A stretch of 64,000 nt of DNA from a bacterium. GTDB taxonomy: Bacteria; UBA8248. Below, piece by piece: positions 1-10,157 of the stretch (position 1 is the first letter of the stretch; each line of letters begins with the position of its first letter). Under the pieces are notes generated by a model, which worked only from the letters and a program-made list of their open reading frames with translations, was not told where the DNA came from and made no database searches. Both the position numbers and the translations under genes were made by a program. The DNA is taken from the NCBI GenBank assembly GCA_965204535.1, contig OZ241996.1, positions 416,001 through 480,000 on the forward strand. The letters are read 5' to 3'.

Positions 1-895
1 TTCGGACGCAAATCTGGCGGCTGTTTGTGACTTGGTTCCCAGCCGCGCCCAAGAACTGGCCGACAGATATGGTGCGGAGGCGTTCTCCGATCCCGCTGAC
101 CTGATCGGTCTGGTAGATGCGGTTACCATCGCCGTACCCACCTTGCAGCATTTTGCGGTGTCGCGGATCTTCCTTGAGAACGGCATCCATGTTCTGGTGG
201 AAAAGCCCATTTGTACTACGATGGAAGATGCCTGGAAATTGTTCGACCTGGCCACCGAAAGCAATCTGGTTCTTCACATCGGCCACGTGGAGCGGTTCAA
301 CGGAGCTGTTCAGGAATTGGGCAACATCGTTGATGCGCCCACCCTGGTGGAATGCCGCAGGCTGGGGCCCTTCTCGCCGAGAGTGAGAGAAGACGGCGTC
401 GTGCTCGACTTGATGATTCATGATCTGGACATCGTTTTGCGGCTCGTGGATGAGGAAATTGATTTGCTCTCGGCTACCGGGTCGAGTGTTCTGTCCGATC
501 GGGACGACGTGGCGAATGTGCAGATTTGCTTTGAGGGCGGGTGCGTGGCGAATCTGACCGCAAGCCGTGTGACGCAGAACAAGATCAGGACGCTTTCCGT
601 ATCGCAACCGGACGCGTTCATCACACTCGATTATGCGGACCAGGAACTGAGGATTCATCGACAGGCCGTAAGCGAGCACCAATTGACCCGGGAGGAGCTC
701 AAATACCGCGAGCAATTCCAGGTGGAGAGGGTTTTCGTCCACAAAGGCAATCCGCTCCAGTTGGAGTTGCGGCATTTCTTGCAATCGGTACGACTCCGGG
801 ATGTTGTTTCCGATCCGGAGAAAGAATTGCGGTCTTTGGAGATTGCCCTGCGTATCGTAGAGATGCTGAAAAACACCATGCCCTCAACTCACTAA
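1..895 (+). CDS. Gfo/Idh/MocA oxidoreductase, GnnA-like (5'-truncated by window edge)
   Basis: Frame open from position 2 (SDANLAAVCDLVP...); HVLVEKP, GHVERFN and DLMIHDLD motifs; sits directly upstream of lpxI-lpxB. Confidence 0.85.
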   Translation, partial: SDANLAAVCDLVPSRAQELADRYGAEAFSDPADLIGLVDAVTIAVPTLQHFAVSRIFLENGIHVLVEKPICTTMEDAWKLFDLATESNLVLHIGHVERFNGAVQELGNIVDAPTLVECRRLGPFSPRVREDGVVLDLMIHDLDIVLRLVDEEIDLLSATGSSVLSDRDDVANVQICFEGGCVANLTASRVTQNKIRTLSVSQPDAFITLDYADQELRIHRQAVSEHQLTREELKYREQFQVERVFVHKGNPLQLELRHFLQSVRLRDVVSDPEKELRSLEIALRIVEMLKNTMPSTH

Positions 896-903
896 AATTC
901 CCC

Positions 904-1734
904 ATGCCGGATTCCCTGGAAAGAATAGGCCTCGTTGCAGGTTCGGGCAGGTTGCCGTCCGAGTTTGTATCCAGTGCGAAAAAGCGGGGCAAGCGCGTAT
1001 CCGTGGTGGCTTTGTCCGCAGAAATCGAGGCGACGCTGTCAGGAGAGGCGGATTCCATCGTCCACATCCCTCCCACCCAGCCAAATAAAATCATCCGGTT
1101 CTTCAGCGATGAGAATGTTGGAGAAATAGGGCTCGTGGGGAAGGTGGAGAAAAGTGTCTTGTTCCAATCTTTGCGCTTCGATTTGACGGTTCTGCGCTTC
1201 ATGAAGAATGCCAGGAATACGGCCGATACAACGGTCATGGATGCCGTTATCGAGTTTGTGGAAGAGAACGGGATGAAAGTCGTGCCCCAAACGAAATATC
1301 TCGAGCATCTCATGACCCCGCGTGGGGGCATCACGAAAAAGAAGTTGCCCCGGAATCAGCGAAAAGGGGCGGAATATGCGTTCCGGATGGCCCGGAGCGT
1401 CGCGGCCTTGGACATCGGCCAGACTGTGGTGGTTCACAAGGGGACGGTAGTCGCAGTGGAGGGTATCGAGGGTACGAACGAGGCGATCCGAAGGGGATGC
1501 GCTCTCGCCGGGAAAGGGGCTGTTGTCTGCAAGGTGGCCCGTCCCGAGCAGGACATGCGCTACGATGTGCCTACGGTGGGACCCGAGACCTTGCAGGTGA
1601 TGCGCGAAGGCGGCGCTTCGGGGTTGATCCTGGAAGCTGAGCGAACTTTTCTCATCGATCGCGAGCGCTTGATACGGGAAGCCGACGCGAATGGAATCTG
1701 CGTAGTCGGCTGGTCGGAAAATGAGATCGGATGA
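904..1734 (+). CDS. lpxI: UDP-2,3-diacylglucosamine diphosphatase LpxI
   Basis: Starts MPDSLERIGLVAGSGRLP at ATG 904; LDIGQTVVV, AVEGIEGT and QDMRYDVPTVG motifs. Confidence 0.9.
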   Translation: MPDSLERIGLVAGSGRLPSEFVSSAKKRGKRVSVVALSAEIEATLSGEADSIVHIPPTQPNKIIRFFSDENVGEIGLVGKVEKSVLFQSLRFDLTVLRFMKNARNTADTTVMDAVIEFVEENGMKVVPQTKYLEHLMTPRGGITKKKLPRNQRKGAEYAFRMARSVAALDIGQTVVVHKGTVVAVEGIEGTNEAIRRGCALAGKGAVVCKVARPEQDMRYDVPTVGPETLQVMREGGASGLILEAERTFLIDRERLIREADANGICVVGWSENEIG

Positions 1735-2899
1735 GCGCTCGGCGAACGACGTCGTAGTGCTCGCCGGAGAGCCGTCCGGAGACGTTCACGCTGCGAATCT
1801 GGTGAAAGCGCTTGCCGCCAGGATACCCGACCTCCAGTTATCCGGGATGGGTGGGCAATTGATGGCCGAGGCGGGAGTCGATTTGATTCACGACATCGGC
1901 GACATATCCATCGTTGGTTTCGCAGGCATCCCCCGCATTTATCCCAAGCTGAGAAAGATCAAAAAAGATTTCTTGAGGAGGATCGCGGATCACAAGCCGA
2001 AGGCGGTGATTTTTGTGGATTATCCGGGCTTTAACCTTTCGTGCGCGCGCGCGGTGCGCAAACTGCCGCAACCGCCCAAATGTATATATTTCATCACGCC
2101 CCAGGTGTGGGCCTGGTGGAAAGGCCGCGCCCGCATCATTGCGGATGTTTTTGAGCTGGCCTTGAACATATTTCCGTTCGAGCCTCGGATTTTTAACGAA
2201 TTGGGCGGAAAAGCCGTGTTCATCGGCAATCCCGTCGCCTATGAACTTCGAGATGCGCCTTCCAGGGAGAGCGCCCGGTGCTCACTGGGCTTATCGATGA
2301 GCGACAAGGTGATTTCGCTTCTTCCGGGCAGTCGCCTCAAGGAAATCGATTCTCACGTGGATGCCATGGTGGATGCGCTGGAGATTATCCATGCGCAGAC
2401 GCCGGGGGTGCGCTTTTTGATTTCAGAGGCGATTTCGTTGCCGGAGGGGTACGTTGCGAACCGCTTGAAGTCGTCCGGCGTCGAGGTAAGGGTCGTGAGG
2501 GGTGATGCGAAACAAGTGATTCGCGCGGCCGACGCCGTAGTCGTGGCGAGCGGCACGGCATCTCTCGAGACGGCTCTGCTGGGTGTGCCGATGGTCGTTC
2601 TCTATGCCGCGGATATCTTCTCGTATGCGCTGGTCAAGTATTTTTTGCTTCAAGTGGATTTCATCAGCCTTGTGAATTTGTTATCCGGCCATGAGGCGGT
2701 TCCCGAGTTGTGGCAGAAGCAGGTGCGCGCGCAACCCATTGCAAATGCCTTGAGGGAAGTGCTGTTCGATGACGACGTGAGAGCCGGACAGGTCAGGGCA
2801 TTCGAGAGGATTCAAAACGCCCTGGAAGGGGTAAACCCCTATGAATGCGCCGCGGCGCACATCGCGGCGGAACTCGGTGTTGAAGCGCAGGACGCGTAG
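1721..2899 (+). CDS. lpxB: Lipid-A-disaccharide synthase
   Basis: AGEPSGDVH, VDYPGFN, PQVWAW, LLPGSR and SGTASLE motifs. Confidence 0.95.
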   Translation: MRSDERSANDVVVLAGEPSGDVHAANLVKALAARIPDLQLSGMGGQLMAEAGVDLIHDIGDISIVGFAGIPRIYPKLRKIKKDFLRRIADHKPKAVIFVDYPGFNLSCARAVRKLPQPPKCIYFITPQVWAWWKGRARIIADVFELALNIFPFEPRIFNELGGKAVFIGNPVAYELRDAPSRESARCSLGLSMSDKVISLLPGSRLKEIDSHVDAMVDALEIIHAQTPGVRFLISEAISLPEGYVANRLKSSGVEVRVVRGDAKQVIRAADAVVVASGTASLETALLGVPMVVLYAADIFSYALVKYFLLQVDFISLVNLLSGHEAVPELWQKQVRAQPIANALREVLFDDDVRAGQVRAFERIQNALEGVNPYECAAAHIAAELGVEAQDA

Positions 2900-2900
2900 C

Positions 2901-3632
2901 ATGAATGGAGATTCCATCGCCTATGATGAATGGGGCCGGAATCCCGATGCGCCGCTTTCGGCGCGGCTGGGAGGCTTGGTCATCGCGGGTTACCTGAAAG
3001 CGGTCTATGCCACTTCGTCGATGATCGTGCCGAAAACGGAATCGAATGAAAAAATGGGCCGCAAGCGTGATGAACAATTTATCTGGGCGCTCTGGCATCG
3101 TCATTTGGGGCTGCCCTGCTTCTTTAATGCGTATCATTCTCACCGCACATGTATGGCGAGCAGAAGCCGGGACGGAGAACTACTCGCTCAGGTGATGGCC
3201 CGGCTCGATACCCATTGCGTGAGAGGCTCTTCCTCTGTGTTGGACGGGAGCGATAAAGGCGGAACCTCTGCGGTTCGGCAGATGGTCAGGGTGGCGAAAC
3301 AAGGGAAGCATCAACTCGTCATCACGCCGGATGGTCCAAAGGGCCCGCCTCAGAAGGTAAAAATGGGCGTCATCACTTTGGCGAGCCTCACGGGATATCG
3401 AATTTGCCCGGTCGCTTTTGCGGCATCGCGCTTTTTCACCATCCCCACTTGGGACAAGACGATTTTGCCCCTGCCGTTCGGGAGAATCGCCTTTTGTTGC
3501 GGGGAACCTCTGGAAGTACCGCGAACCCGGGACAAGGGGGTGTTGGAGGCGAAGCGGGCAGAAGTCGAAAGGCGGCTCATTCATGCGAATGAAGAGGCGC
3601 AGCACCACCTGAAGAACACGGCGGGGAAGTGA
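2901..3632 (+). CDS. DUF374 lysophospholipid acyltransferase family (LpxJ-like)
   Basis: ALWH, ASRSRDGE, VRGSS, ITPDGPKGP and WDKTILPLPF motifs; lies between lpxB and waaA. Confidence 0.8.
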   Translation: MNGDSIAYDEWGRNPDAPLSARLGGLVIAGYLKAVYATSSMIVPKTESNEKMGRKRDEQFIWALWHRHLGLPCFFNAYHSHRTCMASRSRDGELLAQVMARLDTHCVRGSSSVLDGSDKGGTSAVRQMVRVAKQGKHQLVITPDGPKGPPQKVKMGVITLASLTGYRICPVAFAASRFFTIPTWDKTILPLPFGRIAFCCGEPLEVPRTRDKGVLEAKRAEVERRLIHANEEAQHHLKNTAGK

Positions 3633-3639
3633 GCCGCTC

Positions 3640-4911
3640 ATGTTGTTTCTCTACAACCTCGTTCTTCTTCTCGTCTCGCCCGTATTGCTCGTTTATTTTC
3701 TGGTTCGCCTGTGGCTTCGGGGGTTCGACTTGCGAGCCGTTCGTGAAAGGTTCGGGTTTCCGCCCGGGTTGCCCGATGCGGAGGGGGGGCGTCTTTGGCT
3801 GCACGCCGTCTCCGTGGGGGAAGTGGGCGTGGCGGCTATTTTGATACCCGTGCTTTTGAAAAAGAAACCGGAACTCAAAATCGTTCTTTCCACGGTGACG
3901 CGAACGGGAAGAAAAGAGGCCGGAAAAATATCGGGAGTCGAGCAGCTCATCTACCTCCCCCTGGATTTTCCTGTGATTGTCCGTTCCGCCTTGAAGCGCA
4001 TCCGGCCGTCCATGGTCGCGCTCATCGAGACGGAGATATGGCCGAATCTCGTGGCGGAGGCGGCAAGGCGGAATATCCCCGTATCCATCGTCAACGGGAG
4101 GCTTTCCGAGCGTTCGTATCGTCGATACAAGCGCTTTCGATTTTTCTTCTCTTCAGTCCTCAAGCGCTTCAGAGACGTACTGGTGCGCGGGGAAGGGGAC
4201 GCCGGGCGGTTCTCGGATTTGGGCGCGCCTTCCGTGCGGGTCTCCGGGAACGTCAAGTTCGACGCGCCCGCGCCGCTTCAGGATCCCCCGCATGGAGCGT
4301 ATGGCTTGGGCGCGTGCCGGCACGTCATCGTAGCCGGCAGCACGCACCCGGGAGAAGAGAAACTGATTGGAGAGGTATTGTCGTCGGTTTACCGGAAAAC
4401 GCCGGGAGTGGGCCTGCTCGTCGCGCCTCGGCACCTGGAAAGAGTGGCTCAGGTGGAGGTAGACCTGCAGAATGCGGGAATTTCTCCCGTACGCTGGAGC
4501 CGGATGAAAGATACGGGCGGTGATCATCAGGCAGTCATCCTGGACGTGATGGGCGAACTGGCGGATGCGTACGGATGGGCAACGATGGCGATCATCGGTG
4601 GAAGTTTTATTCCCCATGGCGGCCAGAACCCGATAGAAGCGGCGCGCTGGGCGGTGCCGTGCCTGTGCGGCCCCCACATGGAGAATTTCGCCGAGGTGAC
4701 GCGTGAGATGGTGAAGCAAGGCGGCGCGATTCAACTGAGCGGGCGTGAGAATTTGGAGACGGCCGTCATGAAATGGCTGGACGACACGCAGTCTCGGAAT
4801 CGAGCAGGTGAAGCGGCCCGCCGGGTAGTGCAGAACAACCAGGGTGCTTGCGAGCGAACCGCGGAATATATCGTTCAAGTCCTGGCGGAATCGAATGAGG
4901 GCGCCGCATGA
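3640..4911 (+). CDS. waaA: Kdo transferase
   Basis: WLHAVSVGE, ETEIWPN, AGSTHPGEE, APRHLER and GGQNPIEAA motifs. Confidence 0.95.
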   Translation: MLFLYNLVLLLVSPVLLVYFLVRLWLRGFDLRAVRERFGFPPGLPDAEGGRLWLHAVSVGEVGVAAILIPVLLKKKPELKIVLSTVTRTGRKEAGKISGVEQLIYLPLDFPVIVRSALKRIRPSMVALIETEIWPNLVAEAARRNIPVSIVNGRLSERSYRRYKRFRFFFSSVLKRFRDVLVRGEGDAGRFSDLGAPSVRVSGNVKFDAPAPLQDPPHGAYGLGACRHVIVAGSTHPGEEKLIGEVLSSVYRKTPGVGLLVAPRHLERVAQVEVDLQNAGISPVRWSRMKDTGGDHQAVILDVMGELADAYGWATMAIIGGSFIPHGGQNPIEAARWAVPCLCGPHMENFAEVTREMVKQGGAIQLSGRENLETAVMKWLDDTQSRNRAGEAARRVVQNNQGACERTAEYIVQVLAESNEGAA

Positions 4912-5993
4912 GTTTTCGGCGCGCAGTCCTGCAGGCCTGGGAGGGCAATCCCTCGGCCCCGGCCTGGTCCCGCATGTTGGCGAAGAGCCTCGGCCCCCTG
5001 GGAAGTCTCTATGGCGCTGCGATGGCGAATCGACGCAGGCGTTATGAAGCCGAAAAAGCCAATGTCTCGAAAATTCCCGTACCTGTTGTTTCGATTGGAA
5101 ACCTCGCCCTGGGGGGGACGGGGAAAACGCCCACGGTCGCCTGGCTGGTGGAAAAACTAATCTTGAACGGTCGGAAGCCCGCCGTGGTGAGCAGGGGTTA
5201 TGGCGGAAGACCCAAGGATGTGATGGTTGTGGGCGATGGGAAGGGAAGCCTGATGGCCGCGCCACCGGCCGCGGATGAGGCGGCGATGCTTGCCTGCCGC
5301 TATCCCGACCTCCTCGTGTTGACGGGTGCGGAGCGTTCTTTTGTGGCGAAGAAGGCGGTCGAGGAATTCGGAGCGAACGTTGTCGTGCTCGACGATGGGT
5401 TTCAACACCTTGCGCTTCACCGGGATATGGACGTGGTGGTATTGCGCGGAGACTCTCCTTTTGGAAACGGCAAGGTGGTTCCCGCAGGTGTTCTCCGGGA
5501 GCCGGTTTCGGCCCTCATTTGCGCAGACGCCGTTTTGCTAACGGGCGAATGCGCCGGCCGTACGAGAGAGGAAATTCAGTCTCTTATACCGGATATCCCG
5601 GTGTTCACGGGCCACCTTGAGCCCGATGCGCTCCTGGATTCACGAGGCGAGAATACGGGTTCACCGGATGAATTGAAGGGCACCAGGGTCGTTGCCGTCA
5701 GCGGCCTGGGGAATCCGCATGGTTTCGAGAAAATGCTTGAATCGCTGGATGTCGAGGTGATGGTGCATCACGAATATCCGGATCATGCCCATTATGCTTT
5801 GGCGGATGGCGTGCGGCTCGTTTCGTCCATGCAGAAGACCGGGGCCGATTTCATTCTCACCACGGAGAAGGATGCGGTGAAGCTGTCTCCTCTATTGAGT
5901 AATGCGCCGCATCGCGTCCTTCGCGTGGTGATGAAGATTGATGAAGAGGTGAATTTATCCGCCTTGATTGAGAAAGAGCTATTTTCATCCTGA
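4908..5993 (+). CDS. lpxK: Tetraacyldisaccharide 4'-kinase
   Basis: SIGNLALGGTGKTP, SRGYG, LDDGFQH and TTEKDAVK motifs. Confidence 0.95.
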   Translation: MSFRRAVLQAWEGNPSAPAWSRMLAKSLGPLGSLYGAAMANRRRRYEAEKANVSKIPVPVVSIGNLALGGTGKTPTVAWLVEKLILNGRKPAVVSRGYGGRPKDVMVVGDGKGSLMAAPPAADEAAMLACRYPDLLVLTGAERSFVAKKAVEEFGANVVVLDDGFQHLALHRDMDVVVLRGDSPFGNGKVVPAGVLREPVSALICADAVLLTGECAGRTREEIQSLIPDIPVFTGHLEPDALLDSRGENTGSPDELKGTRVVAVSGLGNPHGFEKMLESLDVEVMVHHEYPDHAHYALADGVRLVSSMQKTGADFILTTEKDAVKLSPLLSNAPHRVLRVVMKIDEEVNLSALIEKELFSS

Positions 5994-6007
5994 AGGGAGT
6001 GGGCGCG

Positions 6008-7096
6008 TTATCCCCTGACGGAGGCGAGAAAATAAGCCCCTCCCGCAAGGAAAATCGCATTCGGCCCCCAGGCCGCCAGGACGGGTGGGAGGCGTCCGGC
6101 ATGTCCGAACGATAGGCTTGCATGGAAAAAAACGAGATAGATGGCGCCGATTCCGATGGCGATGGCGACCCCCAGGGCGACTCCTCCGCTTCTGCTGCTT
6201 CGAATGGAGAAAGGCACACCCACAATCGCCAATACGAAGCTGATGAACGGCGCAGAAATTTTAGCCCACATATCTACGACGTAGCGGGTGGGGTTCGCGC
6301 CGCTTTTGCGCAAGTTTTCGATGTAGCGGCCGAGTTCCTGGTAATTCATTGTCTCCGGGTTTCTGCCGGCTTTTTGGAAATCTTCCGGTTTTTCCGTAAG
6401 CCCCAAAATTTTCTTTTTGAAAGTTTGTTGTTTGATTTTCCCCTCGCCCGCAAAGTCGTGGATCACGCCTTTGTGGAATTCCCAATGTTCTTTTGCGGGA
6501 AGCCAAACCACCTCATCTGCATCAATGCGTTGCGTGAGGCGGTTTTGCCGGTCCATCCGGTACAGGGTAACGCCTCTCATTTTTTCCGAAGATGGATCAT
6601 AGTGCGTGATTTGCCAGATGGTGTTGTTTTCCGAGCGATACCAGATTTTGTTTCTCTGGGCATGCGTGCGTAAGCCGGTTTTTTGGATATTGACCCGCCG
6701 AATGTATTCTCCGCGTTTGTTGGCGAATGGAACGATGTATTCATTCGCCAAGAAGGTAAGGAGGCTGATTCCCAGACTGGCGATGAGAATGGGCGCGATG
6801 ATGCGGTAGAGACTCAGACCCCCTGCGCGCATGGCGAGAACCTCGTTTTCTCTGGAGAAAAGAATCAGCGTGAACGTGCTCGCCATCAGAACGGTGAGCG
6901 GAACGGAGAGGAAAACGAGATGGGGTATTTTGTATAGGAAATACAGGGTTGCGTCGGCCAGGGTCGCGTTCTCTTCGATAAAATCATCGATGCGCTCGAT
7001 AAACTCCGCGGTAAGGAAGAGGGTGATGGCTCCCGACTGACAAAGAAACACCATTCTCAAAAACTGCATCAGGATGTAGCGGCTCAATATGGTCAT
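6008..7096 (-). CDS. lptG: LPS export ABC permease LptG
   Basis: MTILSRYI start, ENEVLAMRAGGLS motif, six TM segments, C-terminal AAWGPN; downstream of lptF. Confidence 0.88.
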   Translation of the reverse strand: MTILSRYILMQFLRMVFLCQSGAITLFLTAEFIERIDDFIEENATLADATLYFLYKIPHLVFLSVPLTVLMASTFTLILFSRENEVLAMRAGGLSLYRIIAPILIASLGISLLTFLANEYIVPFANKRGEYIRRVNIQKTGLRTHAQRNKIWYRSENNTIWQITHYDPSSEKMRGVTLYRMDRQNRLTQRIDADEVVWLPAKEHWEFHKGVIHDFAGEGKIKQQTFKKKILGLTEKPEDFQKAGRNPETMNYQELGRYIENLRKSGANPTRYVVDMWAKISAPFISFVLAIVGVPFSIRSSRSGGVALGVAIAIGIGAIYLVFFHASLSFGHAGRLPPVLAAWGPNAIFLAGGAYFLASVRG

Positions 7097-7105
7097 GGCG
7101 GGAAT

Positions 7106-8323
7106 TTATGATTTGCTTCGGATGAAGGGGGAAAAAGGTTTGAGGAGCAGACCCCAAATGTCGACAGTGTTGCGCAGCCCTGCGGTTCGTATCGTGTATC
7201 CCGCAAGGAGAGCCAATAAGATGTTCGGACTCCAGACAGCGACGGCGGCGCTGATTTGCCCGCTTTCCGCCACGCCCTCGGCAAAGGTGACGAGCAAATA
7301 ATAGAGGATCAGAACCCCCATACTCAGGGCCAAGCCGCCGTGGCGTCCCGAACGTCTGTTCTGTAGGCCGAGCGGCGCTCCCAGCAAAGCCAGAATGAGG
7401 CAGGTCAAGGGCACCGAGAATTTCTTGTGCAACTCCACGAGAACGGCGTTGTACCTGCTCGTTCCGGGCTCGTGTTCTTTTAACCTGTTTCTGAGCTCAT
7501 CAAGAGGAAAAGCTCGCAGGCTTCTGCGAAGCGCTTTCGTTTTACCGATGGTTTTCGTGAGATCGAAATTGAGGTCGTGGCTCTCGAAGCGCGTGATTTG
7601 ATAGTTGTTTCCGGAGAGAGAAGAGCCGTCATTCGCGCTGATTTTCTTGCCGGAGGCCTTCTCCGTGGCGCTGACCGTATGGACGGTTCCCCTGACGAGG
7701 CGCAGCCATACTTTCGAAGATGATGAGGATTTGAACAACATGCCGCGGTCGGCAAAGATGACCCGGTTCGTCCCGGCCTCTGTGGTGTCTGAAATCATGA
7801 TGCCTTTCATCACCTTGCCCGACGATTCGATTTCTCGCACGTAGAACATGATTCCATCGAAACCGTCATGAAAAACCTGCTCTCGAAGATCGAATGTTGC
7901 GACTCGGCTGTGGAGCATCTGTTGGCGGACTTCCAAAGTGGTGTTTTGACTCCAGGGAAGTCCGAACATCATGAGGAATCCGCTCAGGAGAGCGGTGGCT
8001 GCCCCCACCACTCCCACGGGGATGAGCTGAGAGTAGAAGGTCATGCCGGAGGCTGTCATCGCCAGGGATTCGCTATCGCTCGAGAGGCGGCTGAACGCCA
8101 TGATGCTCGCGATAAGGGTGGACATGGGCAGGGTGATGAGGAGCAGGACGGGCAATGCGGCGAAAAGAAATTGCGCCACGATTGAAATTGGCACTCCGCG
8201 GTTCACCACCAAATCTGTGAATTGAAACATTCTGTGCAGCAGGAGCACGAATGTAAGGAAAAACAAAGAGATGAGCAGATAGGACACCAACTCGCCCAGG
8301 ATATATCGGTGCAATGTCTTCAA
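7106..8323 (-). CDS. lptF: LPS export ABC permease LptF
   Basis: MKTLHRYILGE start, RLSSDSE and ELHKKFSVP motifs, C-terminal VWSPN. Confidence 0.88.
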   Translation of the reverse strand: MKTLHRYILGELVSYLLISLFFLTFVLLLHRMFQFTDLVVNRGVPISIVAQFLFAALPVLLLITLPMSTLIASIMAFSRLSSDSESLAMTASGMTFYSQLIPVGVVGAATALLSGFLMMFGLPWSQNTTLEVRQQMLHSRVATFDLREQVFHDGFDGIMFYVREIESSGKVMKGIMISDTTEAGTNRVIFADRGMLFKSSSSSKVWLRLVRGTVHTVSATEKASGKKISANDGSSLSGNNYQITRFESHDLNFDLTKTIGKTKALRRSLRAFPLDELRNRLKEHEPGTSRYNAVLVELHKKFSVPLTCLILALLGAPLGLQNRRSGRHGGLALSMGVLILYYLLVTFAEGVAESGQISAAVAVWSPNILLALLAGYTIRTAGLRNTVDIWGLLLKPFSPFIRSKS

Positions 8324-8481
8324 AGGGAATCCTCTGGAAGTCGAGTGCTTGATACGCTTACATCACACTATATGAGCGTTTACCGGAATGCAAAACGTGT
8401 TTTTCTGCTCATTGACGCCCATCACATCGGTTGATAGCGTTGAAAAAAAGCGGTTTTTGTTGCATTTCCCCGTGACTCAAG

Positions 8482-9564
8482 GTGCGGAGACGCATCGGGG
8501 AGGAATCGAGTTTGTCCGGCGATGCCCATCGGGAGGAGTTGCACCTCGTAGTGACGCCCACATGGATAGGTGACACGGCCATGTCCGCTCCTTTCTTTTC
8601 GTCATTGAGGAGAGTGCATCCACGGGCGAAGCTGATGGCGGCGGCGGGTCCCTGGACTTTTGGGTTGCTCCGCAGTTTTCCCTGGATCGATAGGGTCTTG
8701 CCGCTCGGTGCGGGGAAATGGTCCGGTTTGTTTTCTTTAAGGAGATTGTTAAGGAACCAGACGGTGGATTATGCGTGGATTCTGCCCAACAGCTTTCGTG
8801 CGGCCCTGATGACGAAATGGATAGGAGCAAGGCGGCGAATCGGGTATGGAACCGACAGCCGGGGCTGGTTGTTGAGCGACCGGGTGGCTCCTCCGCGGGA
8901 TATTTCGCATTTGGTGGATCGATATCTCTATCTTCTCGAGGCGCAAGGACATGAAACCCGGGCGCAGGTCGATGATTTCTGCATTACACCGGAAGCGCAA
9001 CAATTCGCGGAGAATCTGCTGAACCCGTATCGCGCGATGAGCAGCACGCCTTCGGTAGGGATTCACCCCGGAGCCTTTTTCGGCGAGTCCAAGACGTGGC
9101 CGCTGGAACATTTCAAAACACTCATTCACCGGCTCGTGGATAGCGGGGTAGCGCAGATCTTCATATTGGGCGGGCCGGATGAGATCGAACTTACCGGGAA
9201 ATTGAACGCGATGTCCGGGAGGCGAGCGGTGAATCTGGCCGGAAAGGATACTCTGGAAACCCTGCCCGCCCTGCTGTCTCGTCTGGACGTGTTCATCTCC
9301 GGCGATACGGGTCCGCTGCATGTGGCCGCGCTCGTAAAAACCCCGACGATTGCGCTGTTCGGACCCACGGACTATCGTCGAACAGGCCCGAGAGGGCCTC
9401 GGAGCAGGGTCATCCACAAGGCTCTCGATTGCAGCCCGTGTTTCGCGAGAACGTGTCCTCTCGGCCATCACGACTGCATGAAACGGATTACGCCCGAGGA
9501 GGTGGCGAGTGAGGTCGTCGAGTTGTTGAACGAAAAATTGAGGATCGCAAAAGATGGAAACTGA
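8482..9564 (+). CDS. waaF: Heptosyltransferase II (GT9); start codon uncertain
   Basis: PTWIGDTAM, LPNSFRAA, HPGAFFGESKTWP, DTGPLHVAA and CSPCFARTCPLGHHDCM motifs. Confidence 0.88.
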   Translation: MRRRIGEESSLSGDAHREELHLVVTPTWIGDTAMSAPFFSSLRRVHPRAKLMAAAGPWTFGLLRSFPWIDRVLPLGAGKWSGLFSLRRLLRNQTVDYAWILPNSFRAALMTKWIGARRRIGYGTDSRGWLLSDRVAPPRDISHLVDRYLYLLEAQGHETRAQVDDFCITPEAQQFAENLLNPYRAMSSTPSVGIHPGAFFGESKTWPLEHFKTLIHRLVDSGVAQIFILGGPDEIELTGKLNAMSGRRAVNLAGKDTLETLPALLSRLDVFISGDTGPLHVAALVKTPTIALFGPTDYRRTGPRGPRSRVIHKALDCSPCFARTCPLGHHDCMKRITPEEVASEVVELLNEKLRIAKDGN

Positions 9565-10156
9565 GGCAGGCGCCGTAAAGAAACCAGCGGTATTTTTCGA
9601 CAGGGACGGAACCCTGAACCGGGACGTGGGCTATGTCACCCACCTCGACGTGTATGAACTGCTTCCCAGGGCGGCGGCGGCCGTGCGCAAGGTGAACGAG
9701 GCGGGGTGGCTCGCCATCCTGATCACGAATCAGGCCGGCGTGGCGCGGGGTTACTTCTCCGAATCCATGATCGAAAAGGTGCATCGCAAGCTCCGGGACG
9801 AACTGGGCGGCAAGGGCGCGCGTCTCGACGCCATCTACTATTGCCCATACGTCCCGAACGGGGACGTCCCCGCGTACGCGCTCGACTCCAAGATGCGGAA
9901 ACCCTATCCCGGCATGATTCTCAAGGCGGCGGAGGAGCACGGCGTCGATTTGGAAAAATCCGTCATGCTGGGGGATAAGTATTCCGATTTGGAGGCGGGC
10001 TGGCGCGCGGGTTGCAGGTCAGGCCTCGTGCTCACGGGGTATGGTCGGGGAGAAAGAGAGCTTCGAGGCGCGCAGTGGCCCCGCCGACCGGATTTCGTGG
10101 CGGAAGACGCCTATCACGCGGTGGAAATCATTTTGAACGAGGGCGGGAATCGCTGA
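9554..10156 (+). CDS. gmhB: D-glycero-D-manno-heptose 1,7-bisphosphate phosphatase
   Basis: FFDRDGTLN, TNQAGVARG, RKPYPGM and GDKYSD HAD motifs. Confidence 0.92.
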   Translation: METEAGAVKKPAVFFDRDGTLNRDVGYVTHLDVYELLPRAAAAVRKVNEAGWLAILITNQAGVARGYFSESMIEKVHRKLRDELGGKGARLDAIYYCPYVPNGDVPAYALDSKMRKPYPGMILKAAEEHGVDLEKSVMLGDKYSDLEAGWRAGCRSGLVLTGYGRGERELRGAQWPRRPDFVAEDAYHAVEIILNEGGNR

Positions 10157-10157
10157 C

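Noticed and set aside
541-903. Extended N-terminus of lpxI
   Set aside because: Overlaps the upstream oxidoreductase; LpxI similarity begins at ATG 904
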